From Synechococcus sp. (GTDB lineage Bacteria; Cyanobacteriota; Cyanobacteriia; Thermostichales; PCC-7336), in the NCBI GenBank assembly GCA_051439605.1, contig JBFRWN010000124.1:96001-160000 (forward strand): a stretch of DNA of 64,000 bases, given 5' to 3'. Below are positions 10,716 through 22,767 of the stretch, in pieces. The position numbers were made by a program, and so were the translations under genes. How positions within the stretch are numbered: the first letter of the stretch is position 1; each line of letters starts with the position of its first letter. Below the pieces are notes generated by a model that was not told the origin of the DNA, did no database searches, and saw nothing but the letters and a program-made list of their open reading frames with translations.

Positions 10716-11744
10716 ATGGATTTAACGACAACGTATATGGGGTTGGAATTGCGATCCCCATTGGTTCCCTCAGCATCAGCCCCCCTGACTCACGAGATTG
10801 AAAACGTCAAAAAGATGGAAGACGCTGGCGCGGGGGCAGTAGTTCTGCATTCCTTGTTTGAAGAACAGCTGAAGATGGAGCAGGACAAAGATCGCCAACA
10901 CCACACCTACGGAATCGAAAGTTCTGCCGAAGCCCTAAGGTATCTTCCCGAACCCCGAATCTTCCAGGTGGACCCCTCTACCTACCTGAACAATATTCGT
11001 GCTGCCAAGGAAATGGTCAAGATTCCCATCATTGCCAGCCTCAATGGTTCCACGATGGGGGGATGGACAGAATACGCAGTTCAAATTGAGGAGGCAGGGG
11101 CCGATGCCATCGAGCTCAATATTTACCAAGTACCGACTGACTTCGATCGCACTGGTTCTGAAATCGAACAAACCTATCTAGACATTGTTTCTGCAGTTAA
11201 ATCGGCTGTTTCTATTCCGGTGGCAGTGAAACTCAGCCCTTACTTCAGCAATATGGCCAATATGGCTAAGCAAATCTCTGAGGTAGGAGCAGATGGATTA
11301 GTTCTCTTCAATCGCTTTTATCAACCCGATATCTATATTGATAGCTTGGAGGTAAGACCGAGTATTCTTCTCAGTACGCCGCAGGCACTCCGATTGCCCA
11401 TGCGGTGGATAGCGATTCTCTACGGCCGAGTTTCTGCCGATCTCGCTGCTTCGGGTGGCATTTCCATCGGTCAAGAGGCCATAAAAATGCTCATGGCGGG
11501 AGCGAGCATCACCATGGTTTGTTCGGCACTTTTACGACATGGCATCAATTATTTGTCCACCATCGAAGAGGGTATGTGCAAGTGGATGCAGGATAATGAC
11601 TACACATCGGTACGCCAGTTACAAGGCATTGTGAGCCAAGAAAACTGTCCCGATCCCGATGCCTTCGAACGCGCTCAATATATACGTGCTATTCAGAGCT
11701 ACTTGCCAAGCAAGGACTACTCCCCGTCCCGCTACTATGGATAA
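10716..11744 (+). CDS. Dihydroorotate dehydrogenase-like flavoprotein (type usually linked to PFOR/NifJ)
   Basis: MDLTTTYMGLELRSPL..GAVVLHSLFEEQ..ELNIY..AVKLSPYF..LFNRFYQPD..FERAQY. Confidence 0.88.
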   Translation: MDLTTTYMGLELRSPLVPSASAPLTHEIENVKKMEDAGAGAVVLHSLFEEQLKMEQDKDRQHHTYGIESSAEALRYLPEPRIFQVDPSTYLNNIRAAKEMVKIPIIASLNGSTMGGWTEYAVQIEEAGADAIELNIYQVPTDFDRTGSEIEQTYLDIVSAVKSAVSIPVAVKLSPYFSNMANMAKQISEVGADGLVLFNRFYQPDIYIDSLEVRPSILLSTPQALRLPMRWIAILYGRVSADLAASGGISIGQEAIKMLMAGASITMVCSALLRHGINYLSTIEEGMCKWMQDNDYTSVRQLQGIVSQENCPDPDAFERAQYIRAIQSYLPSKDYSPSRYYG

Positions 11745-11756
11745 CGCGAACATCTT

Positions 11757-14170
<2,414 letters not shown>

Positions 14171-14303
14171 CTAAATCAATCCCTACGACGGAACGGTTGG
14201 CCTGCTGCAGTTGCTCCGATAACACCGCATCTAACTTGGTGGCCACTGTATCTGCTAAAGCGATCTGCAGGAGGTCGGCCAATTGCTTGCAAAAAGAACT
14301 CAG

Positions 14304-14768
14304 CTATGTGGGTTGGATAACTAATGTGTTGCAGCGTGCGTGATGCACGACATAGTTACTGACGCTACCCAGCATCAATTCGGTGAGTCTCGATCTACCG
14401 TGCCGTCCCATTACTATCAGATCGGTGTTCCTGTCTCGGGCAACGTCGCAAATAGTTCGGCCAGGATCTCCATATTTTTGGACAATCTCCGAATTCACAC
14501 CTGCAGCGCTGACTTTTTCTGCGTACTTTTGCAGCTTTTGCAAGCAAGACTGCTCGAACTCTTGCCACTTATGCTGAAACGTTAAAAAATCATCTATAAG
14601 AGAAGAAGGAGCATAAAAAAGATTTGGCGGAGCCCCTTCCTCCTCACCATACATAACGTGAAGCAGCGTTAATTCAGCTCCAGTTGCTTTAGCTAATTGC
14701 ACCGCCTTTTGAAAAATTGATTCGCTTGTTTTCGAGATATCCAGAGCGACAAGAATTTTTTGAATCAC
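14304..14768 (-). CDS. Universal stress protein (UspA family), paralog of 613-1152
   Basis: IQKILVALD...IVMGRHGRSRLTELMLGSVSNYVVHHARC. Confidence 0.95.
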   Translation of the reverse strand: MIQKILVALDISKTSESIFQKAVQLAKATGAELTLLHVMYGEEEGAPPNLFYAPSSLIDDFLTFQHKWQEFEQSCLQKLQKYAEKVSAAGVNSEIVQKYGDPGRTICDVARDRNTDLIVMGRHGRSRLTELMLGSVSNYVVHHARCNTLVIQPT

Positions 14769-14988
14769 AATTGCTTAACCTTTTTGGCGTGTAAATGTAT
14801 TGAATTGTTAGGCCCAACCACTCGTCCTTGTTCGTAGGTTAATCGGTGGACAGCCTTGTTGAAGAGCTGAGGGATTCTCTCCATAGAGGTAAACCATTCT
14901 CATCTCGTAAAGCTAAACTATCATTTCCTTTTTTCACTTCGTTTTCCTTCGACTCTATTTCTGCCTGCAGCGGTCCTGTTCGAACCAT

Positions 14989-15546
14989 TTAAACCTCCAT
15001 TGATTTATAAACGGAACTCGTTGCGCTGTTATTTCCTCCTGGTTCGCCACTCGCAACAGTCCAATTTCCCTCCGCTCTGGTAAGAATGGCTGGCCGCAGC
15101 CCATACGGTTCTGGGGTAATGTGACGGGCAAAATTCATCACCTCTATGCGGGAGGGAACGAATTTAATCAGCACGTAGTCCTCCCCTTCTGGGCCTGTTG
15201 GATAAAAAGTAATCCACTGTTCAACCCAATATTTCTGCTGCAAGTCCGTGTCAGACACAATCTGAGCGGTCCCATTCAGAGTCACGTAGGCGGTGTCAGC
15301 GGGATCGTAAAAGGCGACAGTAACCTGGCTGTTGTTGCGAATGTCCCGCACCTTTCGAGACTTCGCGCTGGTTCCAAACCAAAGGGTTAAATCTGGCTGG
15401 GGCTGAAAGTGTTGCATGAGCCGGCTGTCGATCTGGCCCGAGAGACCAATAGTACTGAGGAAACAGTAATCTACTGCCTGAAGGGTGGCTTCTACCGCTT
15501 CGAGAATAGGCTCTACAGTCGTTGGTGGGGGATGTTTGCTAACCAC
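14989..15546 (-). CDS. Pyridoxamine 5'-phosphate oxidase-like / general stress protein 26 (FMN split barrel)
   Basis: CFLST..SRLM..LWFGTSAKSRKVRDI..YVTLNGTA..LIKFVP. Confidence 0.85.
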   Translation of the reverse strand: MVSKHPPPTTVEPILEAVEATLQAVDYCFLSTIGLSGQIDSRLMQHFQPQPDLTLWFGTSAKSRKVRDIRNNSQVTVAFYDPADTAYVTLNGTAQIVSDTDLQQKYWVEQWITFYPTGPEGEDYVLIKFVPSRIEVMNFARHITPEPYGLRPAILTRAEGNWTVASGEPGGNNSATSSVYKSMEV

Positions 15547-15573
15547 TTGAATGCATCCTTTATTGTTTGGTGA

Positions 15574-15783
15574 CTACAACAATCGGGCCTGGTTCATCGC
15601 AGGGTTACAGTCCGAAAGGCATTTCTCGAGAAAAATCAGCAATCTTTCCTTGACATTTGCGACCGGTAGATCGTGAGTGGAGATACTCGGCGGTTGGTGT
15701 ATCCCAGTGCGATTGTAAAGAATGTCCCGAGCCCTTTCCATCACTTCCAGCTTAAGCTCAGAAGTTCGTATATTGGTTGCCAT
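15574..15783 (-). CDS. Small hypothetical protein
   Basis: 69 aa, GAGG upstream, co-oriented just ahead of the PNPOx-like gene. Confidence 0.5.
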   Translation of the reverse strand: MATNIRTSELKLEVMERARDILYNRTGIHQPPSISTHDLPVANVKERLLIFLEKCLSDCNPAMNQARLL

Positions 15784-15943
15784 TCAGGCCCTCACCAAGT
15801 CAGAACCCAGTAGCCATCTAGCAACAAAACTTCAAGTCAGTCGGATATTCGTGTTCCAAACAGGCGAACAAAGCTCAGATGATGGCCCGCTTTGGCTTGA
15901 AAGTATTACCCAAAACGCGCCCTTTTTAATTAACCTAATAAAG

Positions 15944-16147
15944 CTACAACGAGTGCCTTATTTTTCTGTCAAGTATTGAATAGCCGGTCACAAGAAGAAT
16001 TACTAGTATAATAAAGTCTATCATTAATGTAATGGCAGGATTGATGGGGAAGAGAAGCTGATTTAATTTGGCAAAAGCAACAATGAATAGCAATAGACCG
16101 ATGACGGGGGCAATCACATACTGCAGGGTTTCGGTAATAGCGTTCAT
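15944..16147 (-). CDS. Small two-TM membrane protein, paralog A
   Basis: Strong RBS GAGGAGG; 19/66 ungapped identities with 22144-22344. Confidence 0.75.
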   Translation of the reverse strand: MNAITETLQYVIAPVIGLLLFIVAFAKLNQLLFPINPAITLMIDFIILVILLVTGYSILDRKIRHSL

Positions 16148-16632
16148 GAGAAGTACACCTCCTCAAGTTAGGATTAATGGATAGAAAAACCCTTCTACTA
16201 ATATTTTAGGCCGTTTGAAAAGCTCTATCTATGGAATGGTTGCAAAATTTCACCTGAATGATTGAATTCTGGGGAGAATCGCCAAAGCCGATGTCAACAA
16301 GTTGAAGTTTGTATTATAGGTTAATCAGCGGTTAGAATTGTTTCAAAAGAAGAGTCCAAGTCAAGCACGAACTTTGCTTTTTCCTGAATTCCCCATTGCA
16401 GCGATGTTGGGACTTTCCTCTCTTCTAGTTGACTACCGTACCAAGCGATCGGTCATTTGACTACTGAGCCTAGTACTGGATCGATTGAGTTCCAGCGCTA
16501 TCAGATGTTACGAGCTATCGATATCTAGTTCGTGCAGATACCTAGGACATTGAGCGATAATGAAAATAGATATTTTACGCAATTGGCAAATTCAATTATG
16601 TGTAGCATTTGGTCTATGCAATTGATAGCCAG

Positions 16633-16676
16633 AGTGACAATTTTTGCTGCCAGAAAAAGTTGAATCGTACGTTGAG
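16633..16676 (+). promoter_or_regulatory. AGTGACAATTTTTGC box plus AATCGTACGTTGAG element upstream of the Rieske gene
   Basis: Both motifs also occur upstream of 10716 (10562-10576 and 10666-10679). Confidence 0.55.
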
Positions 16677-16711
16677 TCGGCAGGCAGATCTAAACGATCG
16701 AGGAGAGCCTT

Positions 16712-17098
16712 ATGCGATGGGTAAAAGTGTTAGAGCAAGGCGCTCTGTCAGAGGGAATGCGACATGTCGTTAAGGTTGGCAAACTTTCAGTTCTTCTCCT
16801 CCAAGAAAAAGGAGAAATACTTGCTATGGATAGTATCTGTCCTCATATGAGAGGACCCATGCAAAAGGGAGAATTGACCGCAGATGGCGGTATTGTTTGT
16901 CCGTGGCATCGTAGTGTTTTCGATATACGTACTGGTGACGTCAAACAATGGTGCCCTTGGCCACCAGGTGTAGGAAAGGCATTGGGTGCAATTTCACGTG
17001 AAAAAGCTCTACCAGTTTTTCCCGTACGGCTGGAAGATGGGAGTATCTTGATTGGCCTAGATGAATCGAAGACTGAGGGGATTGGAAACTCCCTTTAG
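16712..17098 (+). CDS. Rieske [2Fe-2S] ferredoxin
   Basis: CPH...CPWH motifs; RBS GAGGAG. Confidence 0.92.
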   Translation: MRWVKVLEQGALSEGMRHVVKVGKLSVLLLQEKGEILAMDSICPHMRGPMQKGELTADGGIVCPWHRSVFDIRTGDVKQWCPWPPGVGKALGAISREKALPVFPVRLEDGSILIGLDESKTEGIGNSL

Positions 17099-17152
17099 CG
17101 AGCAGTAGTAAAACCACGTCCATGTAGAATCGGGAGTTTACAGGGAAGTTCC

Positions 17153-18406
17153 ATGGACGCCTACAACTCAGCTTTATACGAAAAGATTAAGCGTCTGATT
17201 GATTCCAATCCTCAGGGAAGAATCACTTTTGCCCAATTCATGGAGGTTGTTCTCTACAATCTTCGCCAGGGTTACTATTCCGCCCATGCAAAGAAAATTG
17301 GCAGTTATGGAGACTACTATACTTCTCCTCACTTAGGTCCTCATTTTGGAGAACTGTTAGCGGAACAGTTTTTCGATATGTGGCAGTCGCTCGGGTACCC
17401 TAACCCATTTTCACTGGTTGAAATAGGATCCGGTCAAGGGGTACTGGCTGGCGACATACTCATGTATGTCAAGAATCAATATCCGTTTTTCTTTCAGTGC
17501 ATACGTTATGTAATGATAGAAATCTCTCCTGAACTACGGTCTTTTCAGCAGGGACTACTACTCAGCGTTGATGGTTTAGGGGAAAAGATTCAATGGGTGT
17601 CTTTTGAAGATATATCTAAGAGTTCTATCGTTGGATGTATATTTTCCAATGAATTGGTGGACGCCTTTCCCGTTCATTTAGTTGAAGTCCGCAACAGACA
17701 GCTACATGAAATCTATGTATCGGCAAGTTCTGACACAAGCAATCTTACTCGTTTGCAGGAAGAAGTCGGCGAACTATCTACCTCGCACATAGCTAACTAT
17801 TTCAGTCGGTTAGGAACCAATTTGGAGTCAGACCTTTATCCAAACGGATATCGAAGCGAGGTAAATCTGGCGGCAATTGACTGGATAAAAATAGTGGCAG
17901 ATAAGCTCTTGCAGGGATATTTGTTAACGATTGACTACGGTTACAGCAATTCTCAGTATTACAGTCCGAAACGCCCTCGCGGGACTCTGGCTTGCTATTA
18001 CCGACATACCGTTCGCGATAATCCTTACCTGCTATTGGGTGAGCAGGACATCACAACCCATGCCAATTTCACAGCTTTGGAATATTGGGGTGAGTATTTT
18101 GGTTTGCAGAGGTTGGGGTTTACACGACAAGGACCTTTTCTAATGGCCCTCGGACTCGGGGAAAAAATGGCCGAGCTATCTCTACCCCAAGAGACGGCTC
18201 GCGGAACAAACATTCAAGAGATACTGCATCGCCGTCATGCCTTGCATTTATCGATCCATCCTCACGGACTGGGCAACTGGGGAGTGCTTATTCAGGGAAA
18301 AGGATTGAGTGAACAACAATTAGCTGTTCCTTTACGTGGATTGGCAAATGCTGCAGAGACAGCGGAGGATTGGTGCGCGATGCCTTTATCCCAGTCAGCT
18401 ACTTGA
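17153..18406 (+). CDS. SAM-dependent methyltransferase, MidA/NDUFAF7 (DUF185) family
   Basis: ITFAQFM..GYY..GDYYTSP..VEIGSGQGVLA..SNELVDAFPVH..IDYG..GEQDITTHANF. Confidence 0.92.
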   Translation: MDAYNSALYEKIKRLIDSNPQGRITFAQFMEVVLYNLRQGYYSAHAKKIGSYGDYYTSPHLGPHFGELLAEQFFDMWQSLGYPNPFSLVEIGSGQGVLAGDILMYVKNQYPFFFQCIRYVMIEISPELRSFQQGLLLSVDGLGEKIQWVSFEDISKSSIVGCIFSNELVDAFPVHLVEVRNRQLHEIYVSASSDTSNLTRLQEEVGELSTSHIANYFSRLGTNLESDLYPNGYRSEVNLAAIDWIKIVADKLLQGYLLTIDYGYSNSQYYSPKRPRGTLACYYRHTVRDNPYLLLGEQDITTHANFTALEYWGEYFGLQRLGFTRQGPFLMALGLGEKMAELSLPQETARGTNIQEILHRRHALHLSIHPHGLGNWGVLIQGKGLSEQQLAVPLRGLANAAETAEDWCAMPLSQSAT

Positions 18407-18465
18407 AATTTCAATGGCCGATCGCAGGTGTTTCATTCGATCTTGGATTATCCCAAAAACTGAGT

Positions 18466-19452
18466 TTAGAGATAAGTCGTTGACGCTGCGTACATTTCCG
18501 CCAAAAGCTCGCTATGTTTGCTAGCCAACCAACGCTCCGCATCCATCGCTGCCATGCAGCCCGTTCCCGCAGCAGTTACGGCCTGGCGATACACGCGATC
18601 CTGTACATCGCCACAGGCAAATACACCGGAAATGCTGGTTTGGGTTGAGTGAGGCGCAGTCACGATGTATCCCTTGTCATCGAGTTCCAGCCATCCCTTG
18701 AACAAATCGCTATTGGGTTTGAGCCCGATTGATACAAATACTCCATCGAGTGTCAAAACTCTGATTTCGCCCGAGACAACATTTTCCAACTGGATGGCTT
18801 CAACCGAGGGGTTACCCAGAATATCGCGCACGACCGTATTCCAAATAATGGTGATGCGATCGTTTTCGAACAACCGTTGCTGCATAATTTGGCTGGCTCT
18901 TAGCCGATCGCGGCGATGAATCAGATACACGTGACTGGCCGTACGGGTGAGCAACAGCGCATTTTGGACGGCTGTGTCTCCCCCCCCAATCACGGCAACC
19001 GGGACATCTTTGAAAAATGCACCGTCGCATGTAGCGCAGACTGACACACCTCGACCGAGCAACAAACGCTCGCTCTCTATACCCAAATATCGGTGAGTAG
19101 CCCCTGTTGCAATGATGGCGGTATCGGCCAAGAGCAGGTCCTTGCCATCAACGGAGATCAGAAAAGGCCATTCCTCAAAATTCACCCGGGTGACGATGCC
19201 AAAGCGCCGATCGGTGCCAAAGCGAGCGGCTTGCTGCTCGAACACGCTCATCAATTCAGGTCCCAAGATTCCTTTGGGAAAGCCAGGGTAGTTTTCAACA
19301 TCACTGGTTGTCATCAACTGTCCACCCGGCTCTGGCCCTCGAATCAGCAAGGGGTGCAAGTTAGCCCGCGCAGCATAAATAGCAGCAGTGTATCCTGCTG
19401 GACCCGCTCCAATGATGACAACGTGTCTGCGTTCGTAGCGCGAGACTGTCAT
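18466..19452 (-). CDS. trxB: NADPH-dependent thioredoxin-disulfide reductase
   Basis: GAGPAG FAD motif, CATC active site, GGGDTA and HRRDRLRAS NADPH motifs, FACGD. Confidence 0.95.
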   Translation of the reverse strand: MTVSRYERRHVVIIGAGPAGYTAAIYAARANLHPLLIRGPEPGGQLMTTSDVENYPGFPKGILGPELMSVFEQQAARFGTDRRFGIVTRVNFEEWPFLISVDGKDLLLADTAIIATGATHRYLGIESERLLLGRGVSVCATCDGAFFKDVPVAVIGGGDTAVQNALLLTRTASHVYLIHRRDRLRASQIMQQRLFENDRITIIWNTVVRDILGNPSVEAIQLENVVSGEIRVLTLDGVFVSIGLKPNSDLFKGWLELDDKGYIVTAPHSTQTSISGVFACGDVQDRVYRQAVTAAGTGCMAAMDAERWLASKHSELLAEMYAASTTYL

Positions 19453-19453
19453 T

Positions 19454-20224
19454 TCACGATTTCACCTCCTTTGGTGCTTGAAGGGTAATTGCTTCGGCAG
19501 CCTTTACCTGCCATTCCGCCGGGTAAATTCCCGCATCGATCAGAGCTTGAGGTGGAGCTTTGCGGGTGGGAGATTCCAAATATTCCGGTGTGACGGCGGG
19601 GGGAACGGGAACGAGTTGGTGAGCAATGGTGTAGTAGCGGTGGGTTTGAGCCAACTTGCCGCGATCGCTCAAATCTTCTCCTGCAATTTTCTTGCGCAAC
19701 TTGACGATGGCGTCAAACATGGCCTCCGGACGTGGCGGACATCCGGGCATGTAAACATCGACGGGGATTAACTTATCGACGCCGCGCACTGCCGAGTAGG
19801 AGTCGGTGCTATACATCCCTCCCGTAATCGTGCAGGCTCCCATGGCAATCACGTATTTGGGATCCCCCATTTGGTGGTAGAGCTTCACCAGTGCCGGAGC
19901 CATCTTCATGGTGACTGTTCCGGCTGTAATGATGAGATCCGCTTGCCGCGGGCTGGAGCGGGGCAACAGACCGAACCGATCGAAATCGAACCGAGGCCCC
20001 AGGAGGGATGCCATTTCGATAAAGCAACAGGCTGTCCCGTAGAGTAGAGGCCACAGGCTAGAGAGGCGGGCCCAGTTGTATAGGTCGTTAACGCTGGTCA
20101 AGATGACGTTGTGACTCAGCTCCTTAGTGACCTGCGGTGGCCCAACAGGGTTGATGAGGCTGCTGAATGGTTTTTCCTTGACCTCTGATTGATTGGTCGC
20201 AACTGTCGGTCGATCGGTATTCAT
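19454..20224 (-). CDS. ndhK: NDH-1 subunit K, island copy (NdhK2)
   Basis: [34 protein letters not shown] (N2 ligands). Confidence 0.96.
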   Translation of the reverse strand: MNTDRPTVATNQSEVKEKPFSSLINPVGPPQVTKELSHNVILTSVNDLYNWARLSSLWPLLYGTACCFIEMASLLGPRFDFDRFGLLPRSSPRQADLIITAGTVTMKMAPALVKLYHQMGDPKYVIAMGACTITGGMYSTDSYSAVRGVDKLIPVDVYMPGCPPRPEAMFDAIVKLRKKIAGEDLSDRGKLAQTHRYYTIAHQLVPVPPAVTPEYLESPTRKAPPQALIDAGIYPAEWQVKAAEAITLQAPKEVKS

Positions 20225-20250
20225 GGATCCTCCTCAGACAGAGGTAGATG

Positions 20251-21435
20251 CTAGCGGTCTACCTCGCCCATAATGATGTCAATGCTGCCAAGAATGGCAA
20301 TGATATCCGCCACCTTCATTCCCTTAACCAATTGGGGTAAAACCTGAAGGTTGATAAAACCAGGGGGACGAATTTTCCACCGCCAAGGAAAGATGTTTGC
20401 ATCACCCATGAGATAGATACCGAGTTCACCTTTCGGGGCCTCCAGGCGCGCGTATACTTCTCCCTCCGGGAATTTGAACATCGGTGAAGTCTTCTTGCTC
20501 GCAAACTGATATTGAAAGTCACTCCATTCCGACTTGGGACCTCCCATCATCCGCTGGGCTTCTAGATTCTCGTAAGGACCTCCAGGCAGTCCGGCGATCG
20601 CTTGTAAAACAATCTTGGCGGACTCCCGCATTTCGTTGATGCGGACAAAATACCTGGCCAGACAGTCACCGCCCGTTTCCCAAACCACATCCCAATCGAA
20701 ATCGTCATAGCACTCGTAATGGTCAACTTTTCGCAAGTCCCATTTCATGCCTGAAGCCCGTAGCATCGGACCTGAAACCCCCCAACCTATTGCATCTTCG
20801 CGACTGAGAGTGCCGACACCTTCGGTGCGCATGCGGAAAATAGGGTTATCGGTAATCAGCCGTTCGTATTCATCGACTTTGGGTATGAAGTAGTGGCAAA
20901 AATCTTCAACTTTATCAACCCAACCGTAGGGAACGTCGGCAGCCAGTCCACCAATACGGAAGAAGTTTTGCCCGACCATTCGCATCCCCGTGGCGGCTTC
21001 AAATAAGTCGTAAATCAGTTCTCTTTCTCGAAAGATATAAAAGAATGGAGTATGAACTCCCAAATCCGAGCAAAAGGGTCCCAGCCACAATAGGTGATTG
21101 GCAATGCGGCTGAGCTCAAGCAAGATGACCCGCAAGTAGCTCGCCCGTCTGGGTACGGAAATATCGGCAAGTTTTTCAGAGGCGTTGACGGCAATCGCCT
21201 CGTTCCACATGGCTGCAGCATAATCCCAACGGGTTGTATACGTGATGTATTGTATTGCCGTACGATTTTCGGCAATTTTCTCCATTCCGCGATGTAGATA
21301 CCCGACAATGGGGGTGCAATCGACGACATTTTCGCCATCTAAAGTGACTAGCATGCGGAAAACACCATGGGTGGCCGGGTGATGCGGCCCCATGTTGATG
21401 ACCATCTGGTCGAGCTTGGTTTCGACAACTGTCAT
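20251..21435 (-). CDS. ndhH: NDH-1 subunit H, second copy (NdhH2)
   Basis: [28 protein letters not shown]-terminal GEVDR; full length and paralogous to 37540-38721. Confidence 0.97.
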   Translation of the reverse strand: MTVVETKLDQMVINMGPHHPATHGVFRMLVTLDGENVVDCTPIVGYLHRGMEKIAENRTAIQYITYTTRWDYAAAMWNEAIAVNASEKLADISVPRRASYLRVILLELSRIANHLLWLGPFCSDLGVHTPFFYIFRERELIYDLFEAATGMRMVGQNFFRIGGLAADVPYGWVDKVEDFCHYFIPKVDEYERLITDNPIFRMRTEGVGTLSREDAIGWGVSGPMLRASGMKWDLRKVDHYECYDDFDWDVVWETGGDCLARYFVRINEMRESAKIVLQAIAGLPGGPYENLEAQRMMGGPKSEWSDFQYQFASKKTSPMFKFPEGEVYARLEAPKGELGIYLMGDANIFPWRWKIRPPGFINLQVLPQLVKGMKVADIIAILGSIDIIMGEVDR

Positions 21436-21644
21436 GAACTCAGCGGCTTAGCTTCCGCGCTAAACGGGATTGCAGGTTTTGAAACTCGATGCTGCTCGAG
21501 AACTTTTAAAGGCATACTGAGAGCTTGAATGTAGACAAGCGACTGTACCTTCAGGGATTTCGATGTCGATACAGCAGTTTGACTCAGAAAAGACAGATAT
21601 TCTACGGAGTAGCTTCAAACTTGCCTAAAACTCCTCTCCACCCA

Positions 21645-21694
21645 ACCTTATTGCCACAACTTCTTTAGAGGCTTGCTACAACTTCTGTTAGAGG
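21645..21694 (-). promoter_or_regulatory. 22-bp-period direct repeat abutting a TAAGGT -10 element upstream of ndhH2
   Basis: TTGCCACAACTTCTTTAGAGG / TTGCTACAACTTCTGTTAGAGG on +; on the minus strand followed at once by TAAGGT. Confidence 0.5.
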
Positions 21695-22143
21695 TCTCGT
21701 TTCACTAGGCTTTATCCTACATACAGTTTAGTATTTTCAAAGATAGACTGCTAATGCTGGCCGGGAAGTGTCAAAATTTTTACCCTAGTCGGCTATTGTA
21801 TACAGAACAGTATTCATTAAAGTTATGATGTATTAATTAATATCATTTATTTCTCTTGTGCCTGCCACGAACATTCCCAATCTTTAGGAAGCCAGTTGGT
21901 AGACATTCCTTACTGTAAATATTTCATGCTCTCGGTGCGATTTAAAATCCACCTCTGAAATAAATTTAACTTCAGCTTAGAAGGCAATACAATTTTCAGC
22001 TTGCTAACATCAATATTGGCTAATAGAAACAAAAAACTCTTTCGAGCAAATAGGCAACTTTGTATCGTATAGCTTTAATAGATCTACAATAACTCTACAG
22101 GAAAGCTCCTGTCAGACAACATCAAATCAGGAAGGTTGTTCTC

Positions 22144-22344
22144 ATGGAATACATTATAGAAATTCTGCAGCATGCGATCGTACAGATCCTTGGCTTATTT
22201 CTGTTGGCTGCTATACTTAGAAAAATAAATAAATTTTTATCTTTCATAAGTGTCGATCTTGTGATTCTAATAGACTTTGTCTTAATAATAGTATTTATGA
22301 TTTCATGGTACTATTTTATTAGTAGGAATATAGTCTTCACATAG
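22144..22344 (+). CDS. Small two-TM membrane protein, paralog B
   Basis: RBS AGGAAGG; aligns without gaps to 15944-16147. Confidence 0.75.
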   Translation: MEYIIEILQHAIVQILGLFLLAAILRKINKFLSFISVDLVILIDFVLIIVFMISWYYFISRNIVFT

Positions 22345-22767
22345 TATTTTTTGTTAGTTTTTGCTGGAATATCGTATTGAAATCAGATTTAATTACTGTA
22401 TTGTTTCTGCTTTATGCTGTCTCATTCAGAAATAAGAGCCACGTCTAGCTAGAAAGCCGTAGTTTTCAAAATCTGACCACAATGCTTTTTGAGTAAGGGC
22501 TTTAACCCCTAAGAAGGTCTGCAGAAAAACCAGCTCTCTGAATGCATACTTTTGTAATAGTATAGAGAGACTTTCAGAATCGATCTTCTATAATTAATGT
22601 AGAGTATTGTTGGTAAAGTTTGCAGACGGTTTCATTTGAAACGCATGACTCACCACAATACATTTCCTCTGTCTGTTTATAGAGCTTCAACACACTACAG
22701 AGGCAAGCGTATTTTAGAGATGAAACCAACAGGCACATCCCTACTCAGCTAGAGTTAGGAGGACGAG

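Noticed and set aside
20251..21435. NdhH2/NdhK2 as a group 4 [NiFe]-hydrogenase
   Set aside because: The large subunit lacks the CxxC nickel motifs (it has RWDY and GEVDR) and NdhK2 has the complex I tandem CC.
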